Shown here piece by piece: positions 18,503 through 27,760 of a DNA stretch of 32,000 bases. A model generated the notes under the pieces. That model was given only the letters and a program-made list of their open reading frames with translations. It made no database searches and was not told where the DNA came from. Each line of letters starts with the position of its first letter. Position 1 is the stretch's first letter. Origin of the DNA: Archaeoglobus fulgidus DSM 4304 (GTDB lineage Archaea > Halobacteriota > Archaeoglobi > Archaeoglobales > Archaeoglobaceae); contig NC_000917.1 of NCBI RefSeq assembly GCF_000008665.1, positions 150,001 to 182,000 of the forward strand. Direction: 5' to 3'. A program made the position numbers and the translations under genes.

Positions 18503-18920
18503 TATGCAATCAGTAAAGGATATTTTTAAGGAGCTTAAATCTTTGAGAGGAACGACTCGAAATTAAAGTTTTGGGAATTGCAACCTACATCCAGACATCA
18601 TCTGTGAGAAGAACTGCTAAAATCCTTTCAGAGTTGCATCCTGTTTCTAAATCATCAGTACATCGCTGGATAAAGAAGTTTGAGGAAAAATTGCCCATCT
18701 CAGCGGAGAAAAAAGGAATCTGATAGCGATGGATGAGACAGTGGTTAAGGCGAACAGGAAGCATTACTACGTCTATGCTGCGATAGGTGTGGAGTGGAAT
18801 GAGCTCATTCTTATGAGGGTCGCTGCCACAATTTCTGGAATCTGTTCTGTAAGCTGTTTATGCTTTACTACAATCGATCGAGGTGGTTTTTGTGTTATGT
18901 GGACACATTCAAATGAGAAA
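18503..18920 (+). pseudogene. DDE transposase remnant, multiply frameshifted
   Basis: MQSVKDIFKELKSLRG / IKVLGIATYIQTSSVRRTAKILSELHPVSKSSVHRWIKKFEEKLPISAEKKG / LIAMDETVVKANRKHYYVYAAIGVEWNELILMRV; HTH plus first catalytic-Asp region (MDET). Confidence 0.75.
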
Positions 18921-19001
18921 TCGAAATGGTATAATGGTATATGGATGTAGCAAAGCTACATCTTATCATGACAATTTATCACTAAGCTTTCAAAGATGAA
19001 A

Positions 19002-19016
19002 GAAAAACTTATTTTG
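19002..19016 (+). repeat. Left copy of 15-bp target-site duplication GAAAAACTTATTTTG
   Basis: Exact copy at 19980..19994 immediately outside the other IS end. Confidence 0.9.
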
Positions 19017-19979
19017 TGTAGTATCCCAAAATTATTTCACAACCCTAAACCCAACTCTTGTGAGAAAACTAACGAACAAAAAGATCAAGTGGATCATCAA
19101 ACAGCTCGAAAAGGGAACACCAGTAAAGGAAATAGCTGCTGTGATGAGAGTTACACCAAGAAGAATCTACCAGCTTAAAAAGCAATACGAGGAAACTGGC
19201 CAGATCCCAGAACTAAAACAAGCAGGAAGAAAGCCCAAACCAATTGACGAGAAAACAGAGCAAATCATCCTGCAAGCCTACAAAAAATACAGGGTAAGTC
19301 CAGTACCTCTTTAAAAGCTGATAGAAAGAAATTACAGAATCCACATCCCCCACAACACCATATACAAAGTTTTACTCAAACACGGTTTGGTGGAGGAGAA
19401 CATGAACAAGAAGAAAAGGAGGAAGTGGGTTCGCTATGAAAGGACTCATTCAATGTCTTTATGGCAGGGAGACTGGAAAAAGCTTGGAGAGAAATGGATT
19501 ATAGCCTTCATGGACGATGCTTCCCGCTTCATCACCTGCTATGGAGTATTTGACTCTGCTACTACTGAGAACACAATCAAGGTGTTCAAGAAAGGATTCG
19601 CTGAGTATGGCATTCCGGATGAAATCCTCACAGACCATGGTACCCAATTTGTTGCAGCGAAAAGCAGAGAGAAGGCTAGGCACAGATTCAGAGAGTTTTT
19701 GGCCGAGAATGGAGTAAGGCACATTCTTGCGAGAGTGAACCATCCACAAACGAATGGGAAGATAGAGAGGTTCTTTGGGCTGATGGAGCAGAAGCTCCAT
19801 CTGTTTGATTCTTTGGATGAGTTCATTTATTGGTACAATTACGTTAAGCCTCACATGAGCCTGAATTTTGATGAACTGGAGACTCCTTACCAAGCTTTTC
19901 TGAGGAAGCTACCTGCTGAAAGGGTGTTTGAGTACGGGAGGTGGTTGTTTGAGGAGTGAAATTATTTCGGGATATCACA
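19017..19979 (+). mobile_element. Complete 963-bp IS481-family insertion sequence, consistent with A. fulgidus ISA0963
   Basis: Ends TGTAGTATCCCAAAATTATTTCAC (left) and TGTGATATCCCGAAATAATTTCAC (right end, reverse complement), flanked by the 15-bp direct repeat GAAAAACTTATTTTG. Encodes a DDE transposase. Confidence 0.93.
19060..19959 (+). pseudogene. IS481-family transposase with one in-frame TAA (19312..19314)
   Basis: GTG start at 19060; HTH MRVTPRRIYQLKKQYEETG; after the stop the same frame continues KLIERNYRIHIPHNTIYKVLLKHGLVEENMNKKK..., DDE parts GDWKKLGEKW, ILTDHGTQF, HPQTNGKIERFFGLMEQ. Confidence 0.88.
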
Positions 19980-19994
19980 GAAAAACTTATTTTG
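19980..19994 (+). repeat. Right copy of 15-bp target-site duplication GAAAAACTTATTTTG
   Basis: Exact copy at 19002..19016. Confidence 0.9.
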
Positions 19995-20013
19995 ACAAAA
20001 AGTTAAAGTTTTC

Positions 20014-20434
20014 ATGGATTCAAAGGCAGTCTTAAAGGGAATGCTTGAGAAAGCCTACAGAATCGAGGCAGGATTTGAAAAACGAGGCTAATTTCAAAGC
20101 TTTTCTTGAGGTTATGGACGAGACTCAGAAAAAAGTTCTCTTTCAGCTCATTGCTGACTCTGAAAGGCATAAGGCCACGATTGAAGAAATCGCAAATAAC
20201 CTCGGAATTGAAATTGAGAAAAAGTCTGCGGAATTCGAGTTCAAGGACAGGAGGTTTTTTAACGAGATATACAAGCTTGAAGTGAGTGTAAGGTCTTTAT
20301 ACGAGCAGATGATATACAAATTTGGTAATCTTCTTGGTGAGGAAGTCGAGAAGTTAAAAGCACTCTTAAATGATGAAGAAAAGCACGCCAAACTTGTTGA
20401 AAAATTCGTAGACAAGACCCTCAGGATTGTTTGA
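20014..20434 (+). pseudogene. Ferritin-like (rubrerythrin-type) diiron protein, frameshifted in the A-run at 20078..20082
   Basis: Composite MDSKAVLKGMLEKAYRIEAGFEK/NEANFKAFLEVMDETQKKVLFQLIADSERHKATIEEIA...RSLYEQMIYKF...LNDEEKHAKLVEKFVDKTLRIV has E, ExxH, E, ExxH spacing of a four-helix diiron bundle. Confidence 0.65.
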
Positions 20435-20565
20435 GGGAAAACAGGAAGTTACCGTTTTCCCCCGAACAACAACTGACGAAATGAGCACGATTTGTTTATT
20501 TATGATGATAAAGTATTTATGAATACTCATACGAAATTATTATTCAATAAAAAAGGGGTGGTGGT

Positions 20566-22188
20566 ATGAGGTACAACCTGACCATAAAGAAGACCCTCTT
20601 TTTCCCCCTGCACGCCTTTCCGAACAAGGAGATAGTCTACAGGGACATCAACAGATACACCTACAGGAGATTCTACGAAAGGTTGCAGAGAGTTGCCAGC
20701 TCCCTTGAAAATATTGGGGCTAGGGGAGCGAAGATTGCCTTCATAGACTGGAACACGCACCAGTATCTGGAAGGGATGTTCGCCATTCCAATGATGGGCA
20801 GCATTCTGCACTGCGTAAACCTAAGACTGGCTCCAGAAGAGATAGTTTACACGATGCGCTACGTCGAGGACGACTTTGTTGTTATCAGGGACGAGTTTCT
20901 GCCCTTGGCCGAGAAGCTCGCTCCCCATGTGCCATCAGTGAAGGGCTGGATAGTGACGGGCGATGATGTGGACAAAGTCGAGACAAGCCTCAAGCCGGTT
21001 TACATCTGGGAGGATCTTGTTAAGGAGGGTTCGAGCTACGATTTTCCTGAGCTTGACGAGCATGAAACGGCGGTGGTTTACTTCACCTCAGGCACCACAG
21101 GATTGCCTAAGGCTGTCCACTTCTCCCACAGGCAGGTGGTGATGCAGTGCATAATCAACGGCCTTGCCCTTTCAGCCAATGAATCCCCAGCGAGGATGAG
21201 CTCTGCAGACACCATAATGCACATCCCGCCCTTCTTCCACGGAATGGGCTGGACTTTCCCGTATCTGGCAACAATGCTTGGAATGAAGCAGGTTCTGCCG
21301 GGAAGATATGAGCCTCAGGTAATGCTGGATTTGATAAAGAATGAGGGCGTTACCTTTGCAGGCGGGGTGCCGGTGTTCCTTAAAATGCTCATTGAGCATC
21401 CAGAGGCTGAGAAGTACAAGGATGCTCTGTCCAAGTTCAAGTTTGTGTGCGATGGTGAGCACCCGCAGAGAGTGCTTTTTGAGAGAGCTAAGCAGCTGGG
21501 CATAAAGATGATTGAAGCTTTTGGCATGTCTGAAGGAGTGGGGTTTACCTTTGCCGTTCTAAAGGACCACATGCTGGACTGGGACTGGGAGAGGCAGGTG
21601 GAGTATCTCAACAAGGCAGGCTTGCCCGCTCCCTTCGTTGAGGTCAGGATTGTTGACGATGAGGGCAAAGAGGTGCCGAGGGACTTCCAGACGATGGGTG
21701 AGATTCTCATCAGAAGTCCCGGCCTGACGGAGGGATACTGGAAGAATCCGGAGAAGACTGCTGAATCTTGGGATGAGGAAGGATGGTTCCACACCGGCGA
21801 TTTGGGAGTGTGGGATGAGGAGGGCTACATCCTGATTCTCGACAGGGCTAAGGACGTCATAAAGAGTGGAGGCGAGTGGATAAGCTCCGTAAGGCTTGAG
21901 GGATACATTCTGGAGCATCCTGCTGTCAGCGAGGCTGCAGTAGTTGCTGCGAGGAGCGAGAAGTGGAGTGAGAGGCCCATAGCCGTCGTTGTGCCAAAGC
22001 CCGGGATGAGCGTGACAGAGAAGGAGATAATAGACTTCCTGATGAAGAACTTCGTTGAGACGGGAAAGATGGCGAAGTGGTGGCTGCCTGACAGGGTTTT
22101 CATTGTGGATGAGATGCCGAGAACCACTGTGGGCAAGATAAACAAGAGGGCGATAAGGGAGAAGTACAAGGACCTCGTACTCCCCTGA
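20566..22188 (+). CDS. AMP-forming acyl-CoA synthetase
   Basis: YFTSGTTGLPKAVHFSHRQ, ADTIMHIPPFFHGMGW, ILIRSPGLTEGYWKNPEKT, GWFHTGDLG, TTVGKINKRAIREKY. Confidence 0.95.
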   Translation: MRYNLTIKKTLFFPLHAFPNKEIVYRDINRYTYRRFYERLQRVASSLENIGARGAKIAFIDWNTHQYLEGMFAIPMMGSILHCVNLRLAPEEIVYTMRYVEDDFVVIRDEFLPLAEKLAPHVPSVKGWIVTGDDVDKVETSLKPVYIWEDLVKEGSSYDFPELDEHETAVVYFTSGTTGLPKAVHFSHRQVVMQCIINGLALSANESPARMSSADTIMHIPPFFHGMGWTFPYLATMLGMKQVLPGRYEPQVMLDLIKNEGVTFAGGVPVFLKMLIEHPEAEKYKDALSKFKFVCDGEHPQRVLFERAKQLGIKMIEAFGMSEGVGFTFAVLKDHMLDWDWERQVEYLNKAGLPAPFVEVRIVDDEGKEVPRDFQTMGEILIRSPGLTEGYWKNPEKTAESWDEEGWFHTGDLGVWDEEGYILILDRAKDVIKSGGEWISSVRLEGYILEHPAVSEAAVVAARSEKWSERPIAVVVPKPGMSVTEKEIIDFLMKNFVETGKMAKWWLPDRVFIVDEMPRTTVGKINKRAIREKYKDLVLP

Positions 22189-22274
22189 TGCTCACACTTT
22201 GAGCATAATTCAATTTTTTAAGATGATAATGAATTTAAATTTGCTCATTAAATGTTATAAATTGGAGGTGAACT

Positions 22275-24263
22275 ATGGAGCCGAAAATTTTGTGGGAGCC
22301 GGATTCGGAGTTTATCAAAAACTCCAATCTGGCCGAGTTTGTTGAGTGGCTTTCTTCAAACAAGGGTCTCGATTTTGTGGTTTCAGAGAATGCGAGGGAG
22401 AACGTTGAGAACTACAAGAACCTCTGGAAGTGGTCTGTGGAGAACCTTGAGGACTTCTGGGAGAGCGTGTGGGAGTTCTTTGAGATTAAGAGCTACAGCG
22501 ATTACAAGACTGTTCTCGATGAAAGGAAGATGCCGGGAGCAAAGTGGTTTGAGGGGGCAACGCTGAACTATGCGGAGCATGCCTTTTTGAAGGCTGGTGA
22601 GGGAGAAGCGGTTGTTTACGTTAGAGAGGACGGTTTGAGGAGGGCTTTAACATGGAGCGAGCTGGAGAGGCAGACTGCAGCCTTTGCTGCTTGGCTTAAA
22701 GATATGGGTGTAAAGAAGGGAGACAGGGTTGTTGCCTACTGCAGTCAGGTTCCTGAAGCGGTTATTGCATTGCTGGCAACGGCGAGCATTGGTGCAATCT
22801 GGGCGGCCGTTGGTGGTGAGGTTGCGCCAAGGGCTGTTATTGACAGGTTCAAGCAGCTTGAGCCAAAGGTTCTGATCGCATCTGATGGCCACTTCTACAA
22901 CGGGAAGGAGTTCAACAAGCTGGAGGACATTAAGACCGTTGTCAGCGGCATCCCGAGCCTTGAGAGGGTTGTCTTGATTCCCAACCTCTACGAGTCCCAC
23001 GACCTGAAGCTTAGCATCCCACTCCACTATTGGGAAGAGACGGTTGATAGAAAGGAGAAGCTCACCTTCGAGCCTCTGCCCTTTGACCATCCACTATGGG
23101 TTCTTTACACCTCAGGAACAACAGGAATTCCGAAGCCCATTGTTCACGGGCATGGGGGGATAACGGTCGAGATCTTCAAGGGCTCCTTCCACATGGACTT
23201 CAAGGAGGGCGACCGCTTCCTGTGGTACTCCCCGCCCTCATGGATGATGTGGAACACTGTTGTTAGCGGTCTCCTCGCTGGAGCTACCATTGTCTTCTAC
23301 GATGGCAGCCCGCTTTACAACTTCCTCCAGCCGCTGTGGCAGATATGCGAGAAGGAGAAGCTGAACATCTTCGGAACGAGTGCTCCCTTCCTCCACGGCT
23401 GCATGAAATTCGGCCTGCAGCCCGGCTCGCAGTACGATTTGAGCAGCTTGAGAATGGTTGGCTCCACCGCCGCCCCGCTATCGCCTGAGGGCTTTGAGTG
23501 GGTTTACAGGAATGTTAAGGAGGACGTATGGCTGAACTCTGCAAGCGGCGGGACGGATGTGATGACGGGCTTTGTTGGAGGCTGCCCAATTCTCCCCGTC
23601 TGGAGTGGAGAGCTTCAGTGCAGGTGGCTGGGGACGAAAGTTGAGGCTTACAACATTGAAGGCAAGCCTGTAATCAATGAAGTGGGAGAGCTTGTCATCG
23701 AGCTCCCGATGCCCTCAATGCCCCTCTACTTCTGGAATGACAAGGACTTCAGCTGGTATAAAGAGAGCTACTTCAGCATGTTCCCCAACGTCTGGTGGCA
23801 CGGGGACTGGCTGATGATTACAGACAGAGGAACGGCAATAATCTTCGGCCGCTCTGATTCAACAATCAAGAGAAAGGGAGTTAGAATGGGAACTCTGGAC
23901 TTCTACAAGGTTGTCGAGAGTATGAACGAAATTATCAGCAGCCTCGTTGTTGAGGTCAAGGGCAAGATTTTCCTCTTCGTGGTTCCAGCACATGGAATTG
24001 AGGTCAACGAGGAGCTTAAGGAGAAGATAAACAGAGCCTTGAAAGAGAATCTCGGAGCCTACTTCGTTGCGGACTACATTATTCCAGTGCCCGACATTCC
24101 AATGACTTTGAACTACAAGAAGCTGGAGGTGCCGATAAAGAAGATTCTGCTCGGCTGGGAAGTGGAGAAGGCAGTGAACCTTGACAGCATAATGAATCCT
24201 GATGCCGTTTTCAAGGTCGTTGAGGCTGCAAAGCCCTACGTGGAGCAGCTGGAGGGAGAATGA
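22275..24263 (+). CDS. Acetoacetyl-CoA synthetase-like AMP-forming ligase
   Basis: N-terminal FWESVWEFFEI..., PGAKWFEGATLNYAEH, LYTSGTTGIPKPIVHGHGG, SASGGTDVMTGFVGG, WWHGDWLMIT; 662 aa; SD GGAGGTG upstream. Confidence 0.93.
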   Translation: MEPKILWEPDSEFIKNSNLAEFVEWLSSNKGLDFVVSENARENVENYKNLWKWSVENLEDFWESVWEFFEIKSYSDYKTVLDERKMPGAKWFEGATLNYAEHAFLKAGEGEAVVYVREDGLRRALTWSELERQTAAFAAWLKDMGVKKGDRVVAYCSQVPEAVIALLATASIGAIWAAVGGEVAPRAVIDRFKQLEPKVLIASDGHFYNGKEFNKLEDIKTVVSGIPSLERVVLIPNLYESHDLKLSIPLHYWEETVDRKEKLTFEPLPFDHPLWVLYTSGTTGIPKPIVHGHGGITVEIFKGSFHMDFKEGDRFLWYSPPSWMMWNTVVSGLLAGATIVFYDGSPLYNFLQPLWQICEKEKLNIFGTSAPFLHGCMKFGLQPGSQYDLSSLRMVGSTAAPLSPEGFEWVYRNVKEDVWLNSASGGTDVMTGFVGGCPILPVWSGELQCRWLGTKVEAYNIEGKPVINEVGELVIELPMPSMPLYFWNDKDFSWYKESYFSMFPNVWWHGDWLMITDRGTAIIFGRSDSTIKRKGVRMGTLDFYKVVESMNEIISSLVVEVKGKIFLFVVPAHGIEVNEELKEKINRALKENLGAYFVADYIIPVPDIPMTLNYKKLEVPIKKILLGWEVEKAVNLDSIMNPDAVFKVVEAAKPYVEQLEGE

Positions 24264-24703
24264 TGCAGAGCCTTTACTTTGAAGACTTTCAGGAAGGAAT
24301 GGAGCTTGAAACTGTTGGGAGAACAGTAACGGAAGCGGACATAGTGATGTTCGCTGCCCTCACAGGAGACTGGAATCCCATACACGTTGATGCAGAATAT
24401 GCGAAAACAACAATTTTTGGCCAGCGCATCGCCCACGGAACACTCACATTTTCCATCATGACCGGTTTGCTGATGAGGCTTGGATTTCTGGAGGAGACCG
24501 TTGTTGCCTTTTACGGCGTTGACAGGCTCCGCTTTACCAATCCCGTTTTCATTGGAGACACGATTAAGGCGAGAGCAAAGGTTGTGGAGAAGCAGGACAG
24601 GGGGCAGTTTGGTGTTGTGAAGATAGAAGCGAGTGTGGTTAAGCAGACAGGCGATGTGGTGCTGAACTGCATTCTGAGGGTTGCGGTGAAGAAGAAAGGC
24701 TGA
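24260..24703 (+). CDS. MaoC-like dehydratase/hydratase
   Basis: FEDFQEGMELETVGRTVTEADIVMFAALTGDWNPIHVDAEYAKTTIFGQRIAHGTL hot-dog hydratase signature. Confidence 0.93.
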   Translation: MMQSLYFEDFQEGMELETVGRTVTEADIVMFAALTGDWNPIHVDAEYAKTTIFGQRIAHGTLTFSIMTGLLMRLGFLEETVVAFYGVDRLRFTNPVFIGDTIKARAKVVEKQDRGQFGVVKIEASVVKQTGDVVLNCILRVAVKKKG

Positions 24704-24715
24704 GGAGGTGAGAAA

Positions 24716-25948
24716 ATGCACTTTGAATTCAACGAGGAACAGAGGATGATTGCCAATGCAGCAAGAGACATTGCAAAGGACTTCCCGCCTGAATACTGGA
24801 GGGAGAAGGAGGAGAATGGTGAGTTTGCGGAGGAGTTTTTCAAGGCTGTATGCGATGCGGGCTTCATGGGCATCGTGATTCCAGAGGAGTACGGCGGTGG
24901 CGGCTACGGGATGACTGAGCTTCTTATTGCCATGGAAGAGCTTTCAGCCAATGGCTGCGGTGCTGGAGGAGTGTGGTATTTTGTGCTGACTGAAGTTTTC
25001 GGGGCTTTGCCCATAGTAAGATACGGCACAGAGGAGCAGAAGGAGAAGTACCTGCCCAAAATCGCCAAGGGGGAGATGGAGTTCTGCATGGCCTTAACCG
25101 AGCCAGATGCGGGCACAAACACGCTGAGAATCAAGACTTTTGCAGAAAAAGATGGAGAGGAGTATGTCATTAACGGGAACAAGATTTTCATAAGCGGGGT
25201 TGACAGGGCGAAGGGGATGCTTCTTGTGGCAAGAACAACACCTCCTGAGAAAGCCCCAAGAAGAACCCTCGGTATTACACTTTTCCTCGTTGACCTGCCC
25301 AACGAGGCGGTTAAGTGGAATCCAATACCAAAGCACGCCATAAACTTCTCGAAAACCTGTGAGGTGAGCATAAACAACCTGAGAGTTGAAAGCAATGCGA
25401 TTCTCGGCGAGAAAGATCTGGGCTGGTATCTGCTGCTTGATGTCCTCAATCCTGAGAGGATGAGCGCCGCTGCAGGAGCAATTGGAGGGGCTAAGTTAGC
25501 GATAAGCAAGGCAGTTGAGTATTCAAAGCAGCGCAAGGTTTTTGCTGATCCGATTGGCAGCTATCAGGGTCTGCAGTTCCCCTTAGCTGAGGCCTATGCT
25601 GCCTTAGAATGTGCAAGGCTCATGATGTACAAGGCTGCATGGCTCTACGATACCAAATTTGCCGCTGAAGATGTCAAAGACCCGAAGAAGAGGGTGGAGA
25701 TGGCCGCTGTTTTCAGGGAGATAGGAGATGCTGCAAACATGGCTAAGGCTGTGGCTGTTGAGAACGCGCTGAAAGCAGTTTACTGGGCAATGCAGACCTT
25801 CGGCGGCTACGGCTACGCCAAGGAGTACGATGTTGAGAGGTGGTGGAGGGAGGTCAACCTTCTCCGCCTTGCACCGATAACACAGCAGATGGCTCTGAAC
25901 TACATAGCTGAACACATCCTCGGAATGCCGAGGAGCTACAGAGTTTAG
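24716..25948 (+). CDS. Acyl-CoA dehydrogenase
   Basis: NEEQRMIANAARDIAKDFPPEYW, GVWYFVLTEVFG, CMALTEPDAGTNTLRIKTFAEKDGEEYVINGNKIFISG, MQTFGGYGYAKEYDVERWWREVNLLRLAPIT. Confidence 0.96.
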   Translation: MHFEFNEEQRMIANAARDIAKDFPPEYWREKEENGEFAEEFFKAVCDAGFMGIVIPEEYGGGGYGMTELLIAMEELSANGCGAGGVWYFVLTEVFGALPIVRYGTEEQKEKYLPKIAKGEMEFCMALTEPDAGTNTLRIKTFAEKDGEEYVINGNKIFISGVDRAKGMLLVARTTPPEKAPRRTLGITLFLVDLPNEAVKWNPIPKHAINFSKTCEVSINNLRVESNAILGEKDLGWYLLLDVLNPERMSAAAGAIGGAKLAISKAVEYSKQRKVFADPIGSYQGLQFPLAEAYAALECARLMMYKAAWLYDTKFAAEDVKDPKKRVEMAAVFREIGDAANMAKAVAVENALKAVYWAMQTFGGYGYAKEYDVERWWREVNLLRLAPITQQMALNYIAEHILGMPRSYRV

Positions 25949-25950
25949 CC

Positions 25951-27756
25951 ATGAAGGTTGTCAAAGACCCAGAGCTGAAAATTGAGCGAAAGGAATCGCT
26001 CAACAAGATGCTCTGGAACACCGTTCAGAGTCATCCAAGAGTGTCGGCCATTGGCTACTGGGACGATGGAAAGCTGAAATATCTCACCTACGAGGAGTTC
26101 TGGGAGAGGGTGAGGAAGCTATCAAAGTTTTTAATTTCTTCCGGCCTGCGGAAGGGAGACAGGGTTGCGATTTACGCCGACACACGCTATGAATGGGAGA
26201 TTGCCGACTTTGCAGTTCTAACTGCTGGGGGAGTGGTTGTTACAGTCCACAGCGTTCTTAACAGAGAGCAGGTTGAATACATCCTGAGAGACTCGGAGAG
26301 CAGAGTTGTTTTCACGGAAAAGAAGTATGCTGAAAACGTTCCTGAGGACTTTGAGGTTTACTTTCTGGAGGAGCTGGAAAAGCTTGTCGGTGAGGTTTCT
26401 GATGATGAATTCGAAAGCAGATGGAAGAGCGTTGAGCCTGACGACCTTGCAAGCATTGTTTACACCTCTGGCACCACAGGAGAGCCAAAGGGGGCGATGC
26501 TCACGCACTGGAACTGGAGGTTCAACTGCCACTCTGTGATGTCCATCACGCCCTTCTATCCCGGAGAGCCCCACATCTGCTATCTGCCATTGAGCCACGT
26601 TTACCAGAGGCTTGTTTTCTTTGCTGGAATTTCGAGGGCAGCAACAGCAGTTTTCTGCAGTCCCCAGCAGTTCCTCGAAACGTCAACAGCAGTGAAGCCT
26701 GTTGGACTAATAGTTGTGCCGAGAATTCTTGAGAGGGTGAATGCGGGAATTGTCGAGAAAGTTGAGAAGTCACCAGCTTTGGCAAAGAAGATTTTCTACT
26801 GGTCGAGAGGAGTTGCCATTGAGTGTGGAAAGAGAATGAGCAGAGGGGAGAAATACGGCTTCTGGCTGAATATAAAGAGAATAATCGCAGACAGGCTTGT
26901 TTTCAGCAAAATTCGGGAGAACCTCGGCCTCACAAGAATCAGGTTTGTCTGCTCCTCTGCCGCAGAACTACAGAAGGAGCTGGCCTACATGTTCAATGGC
27001 ATGGGAATTCCCGTAATTGAGGGCTACGGAATGACAGAGACTGCAGCACCATCCAACCTCAATCCTGTCGGAAGGTTCAAACCCGGCACAGTTGGCCCGC
27101 CAATTCCCGGCATCGAGGAGGCGATAGCTGAGGATGGAGAGATTCTCGTCAGGGGAGACAACGTGATGAAGGGCTACTGGAGAAAGGAAGCTGAGACGAG
27201 AAAAACCTTCACCGAGGATGGATGGCTGAAGACAGGTGACCTTGGAGAGTTCGACGAGGATGGCTACCTCGTCTTTCTCGGGAGGAAGAAGCACATAATT
27301 GTCCTTGACACGGGTAAAAACGTTTCTCCTGTCCCTATAGAGGAGGAATTGCTCAAAAATCCGCTTGTGAGTGATGCGGTTATCATTGGTGACGGAAAGC
27401 CCTACGTAACTACCCTCATAGTCCCGAATTTCAGCATGCTCCTTGAGTTTGCCGATAAAAACGGAATTGAGTATGACAGGAGTAGAACGATTGTTCAGAG
27501 GAGCATTTCTGGAGAGGAGGAGATTGTGGCTGTTGATGAAAACCTTGTGGAGAATAATGCAGTTAAGGAGCTTTACGCAAAAATTGTTGATGATGTCAAC
27601 AGCAGGCTGGCAAAGCACGAGACAATCAAGAAGTTCAAAATTTTGCCTGAGGCTTTCAGCCTTGAGAAGGGGGAGATAACTCCAACTTTGAAGAAGAGGA
27701 GGCACGTCATTCTGAAGAGGTATGAGAAATTTATTGAGGAGATGTATAAGAGGTGA
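25951..27756 (+). CDS. Long-chain acyl-CoA synthetase (AMP-forming)
   Basis: VYTSGTTGEPKGAMLTHWNW, YLPLSHVYQRLVFF, GYGMTETAAPSNLNP, GWLKTGDLGEFDEDGYLVFLGRKKHIIVLDTGKNVSP. Confidence 0.95.
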   Translation: MKVVKDPELKIERKESLNKMLWNTVQSHPRVSAIGYWDDGKLKYLTYEEFWERVRKLSKFLISSGLRKGDRVAIYADTRYEWEIADFAVLTAGGVVVTVHSVLNREQVEYILRDSESRVVFTEKKYAENVPEDFEVYFLEELEKLVGEVSDDEFESRWKSVEPDDLASIVYTSGTTGEPKGAMLTHWNWRFNCHSVMSITPFYPGEPHICYLPLSHVYQRLVFFAGISRAATAVFCSPQQFLETSTAVKPVGLIVVPRILERVNAGIVEKVEKSPALAKKIFYWSRGVAIECGKRMSRGEKYGFWLNIKRIIADRLVFSKIRENLGLTRIRFVCSSAAELQKELAYMFNGMGIPVIEGYGMTETAAPSNLNPVGRFKPGTVGPPIPGIEEAIAEDGEILVRGDNVMKGYWRKEAETRKTFTEDGWLKTGDLGEFDEDGYLVFLGRKKHIIVLDTGKNVSPVPIEEELLKNPLVSDAVIIGDGKPYVTTLIVPNFSMLLEFADKNGIEYDRSRTIVQRSISGEEEIVAVDENLVENNAVKELYAKIVDDVNSRLAKHETIKKFKILPEAFSLEKGEITPTLKKRRHVILKRYEKFIEEMYKR

Positions 27757-27760
27757 TTAT

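Noticed and set aside
18996-19178. 60-aa ORF MKEKLILCSIPKLFHNP... at the left IS end
   Set aside because: Begins in the flanking DNA and runs through the TIR in a different frame from the transposase; chance ORF.
19312-19314. In-frame TAA in the transposase as stop-codon recoding
   Set aside because: TAA is not a pyrrolysine or selenocysteine codon, and no recoding element was seen; nonsense mutation, split product or sequencing error is simpler.
22647-23090. 147-aa minus-strand ORF antisense to the acetoacetyl-CoA synthetase-like gene
   Set aside because: Shadow ORF over a strongly conserved AMP-ligase reading frame; no motifs.
24236-24721. 161-aa minus-strand ORF over the MaoC-like gene
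   Set aside because: Shadow ORF; MaoC signature on the plus strand is decisive.
26968-27705. 245-aa minus-strand ORF antisense to the long-chain acyl-CoA ligase
   Set aside because: Antisense shadow of an unmistakable ligase; composition atypical for a protein.
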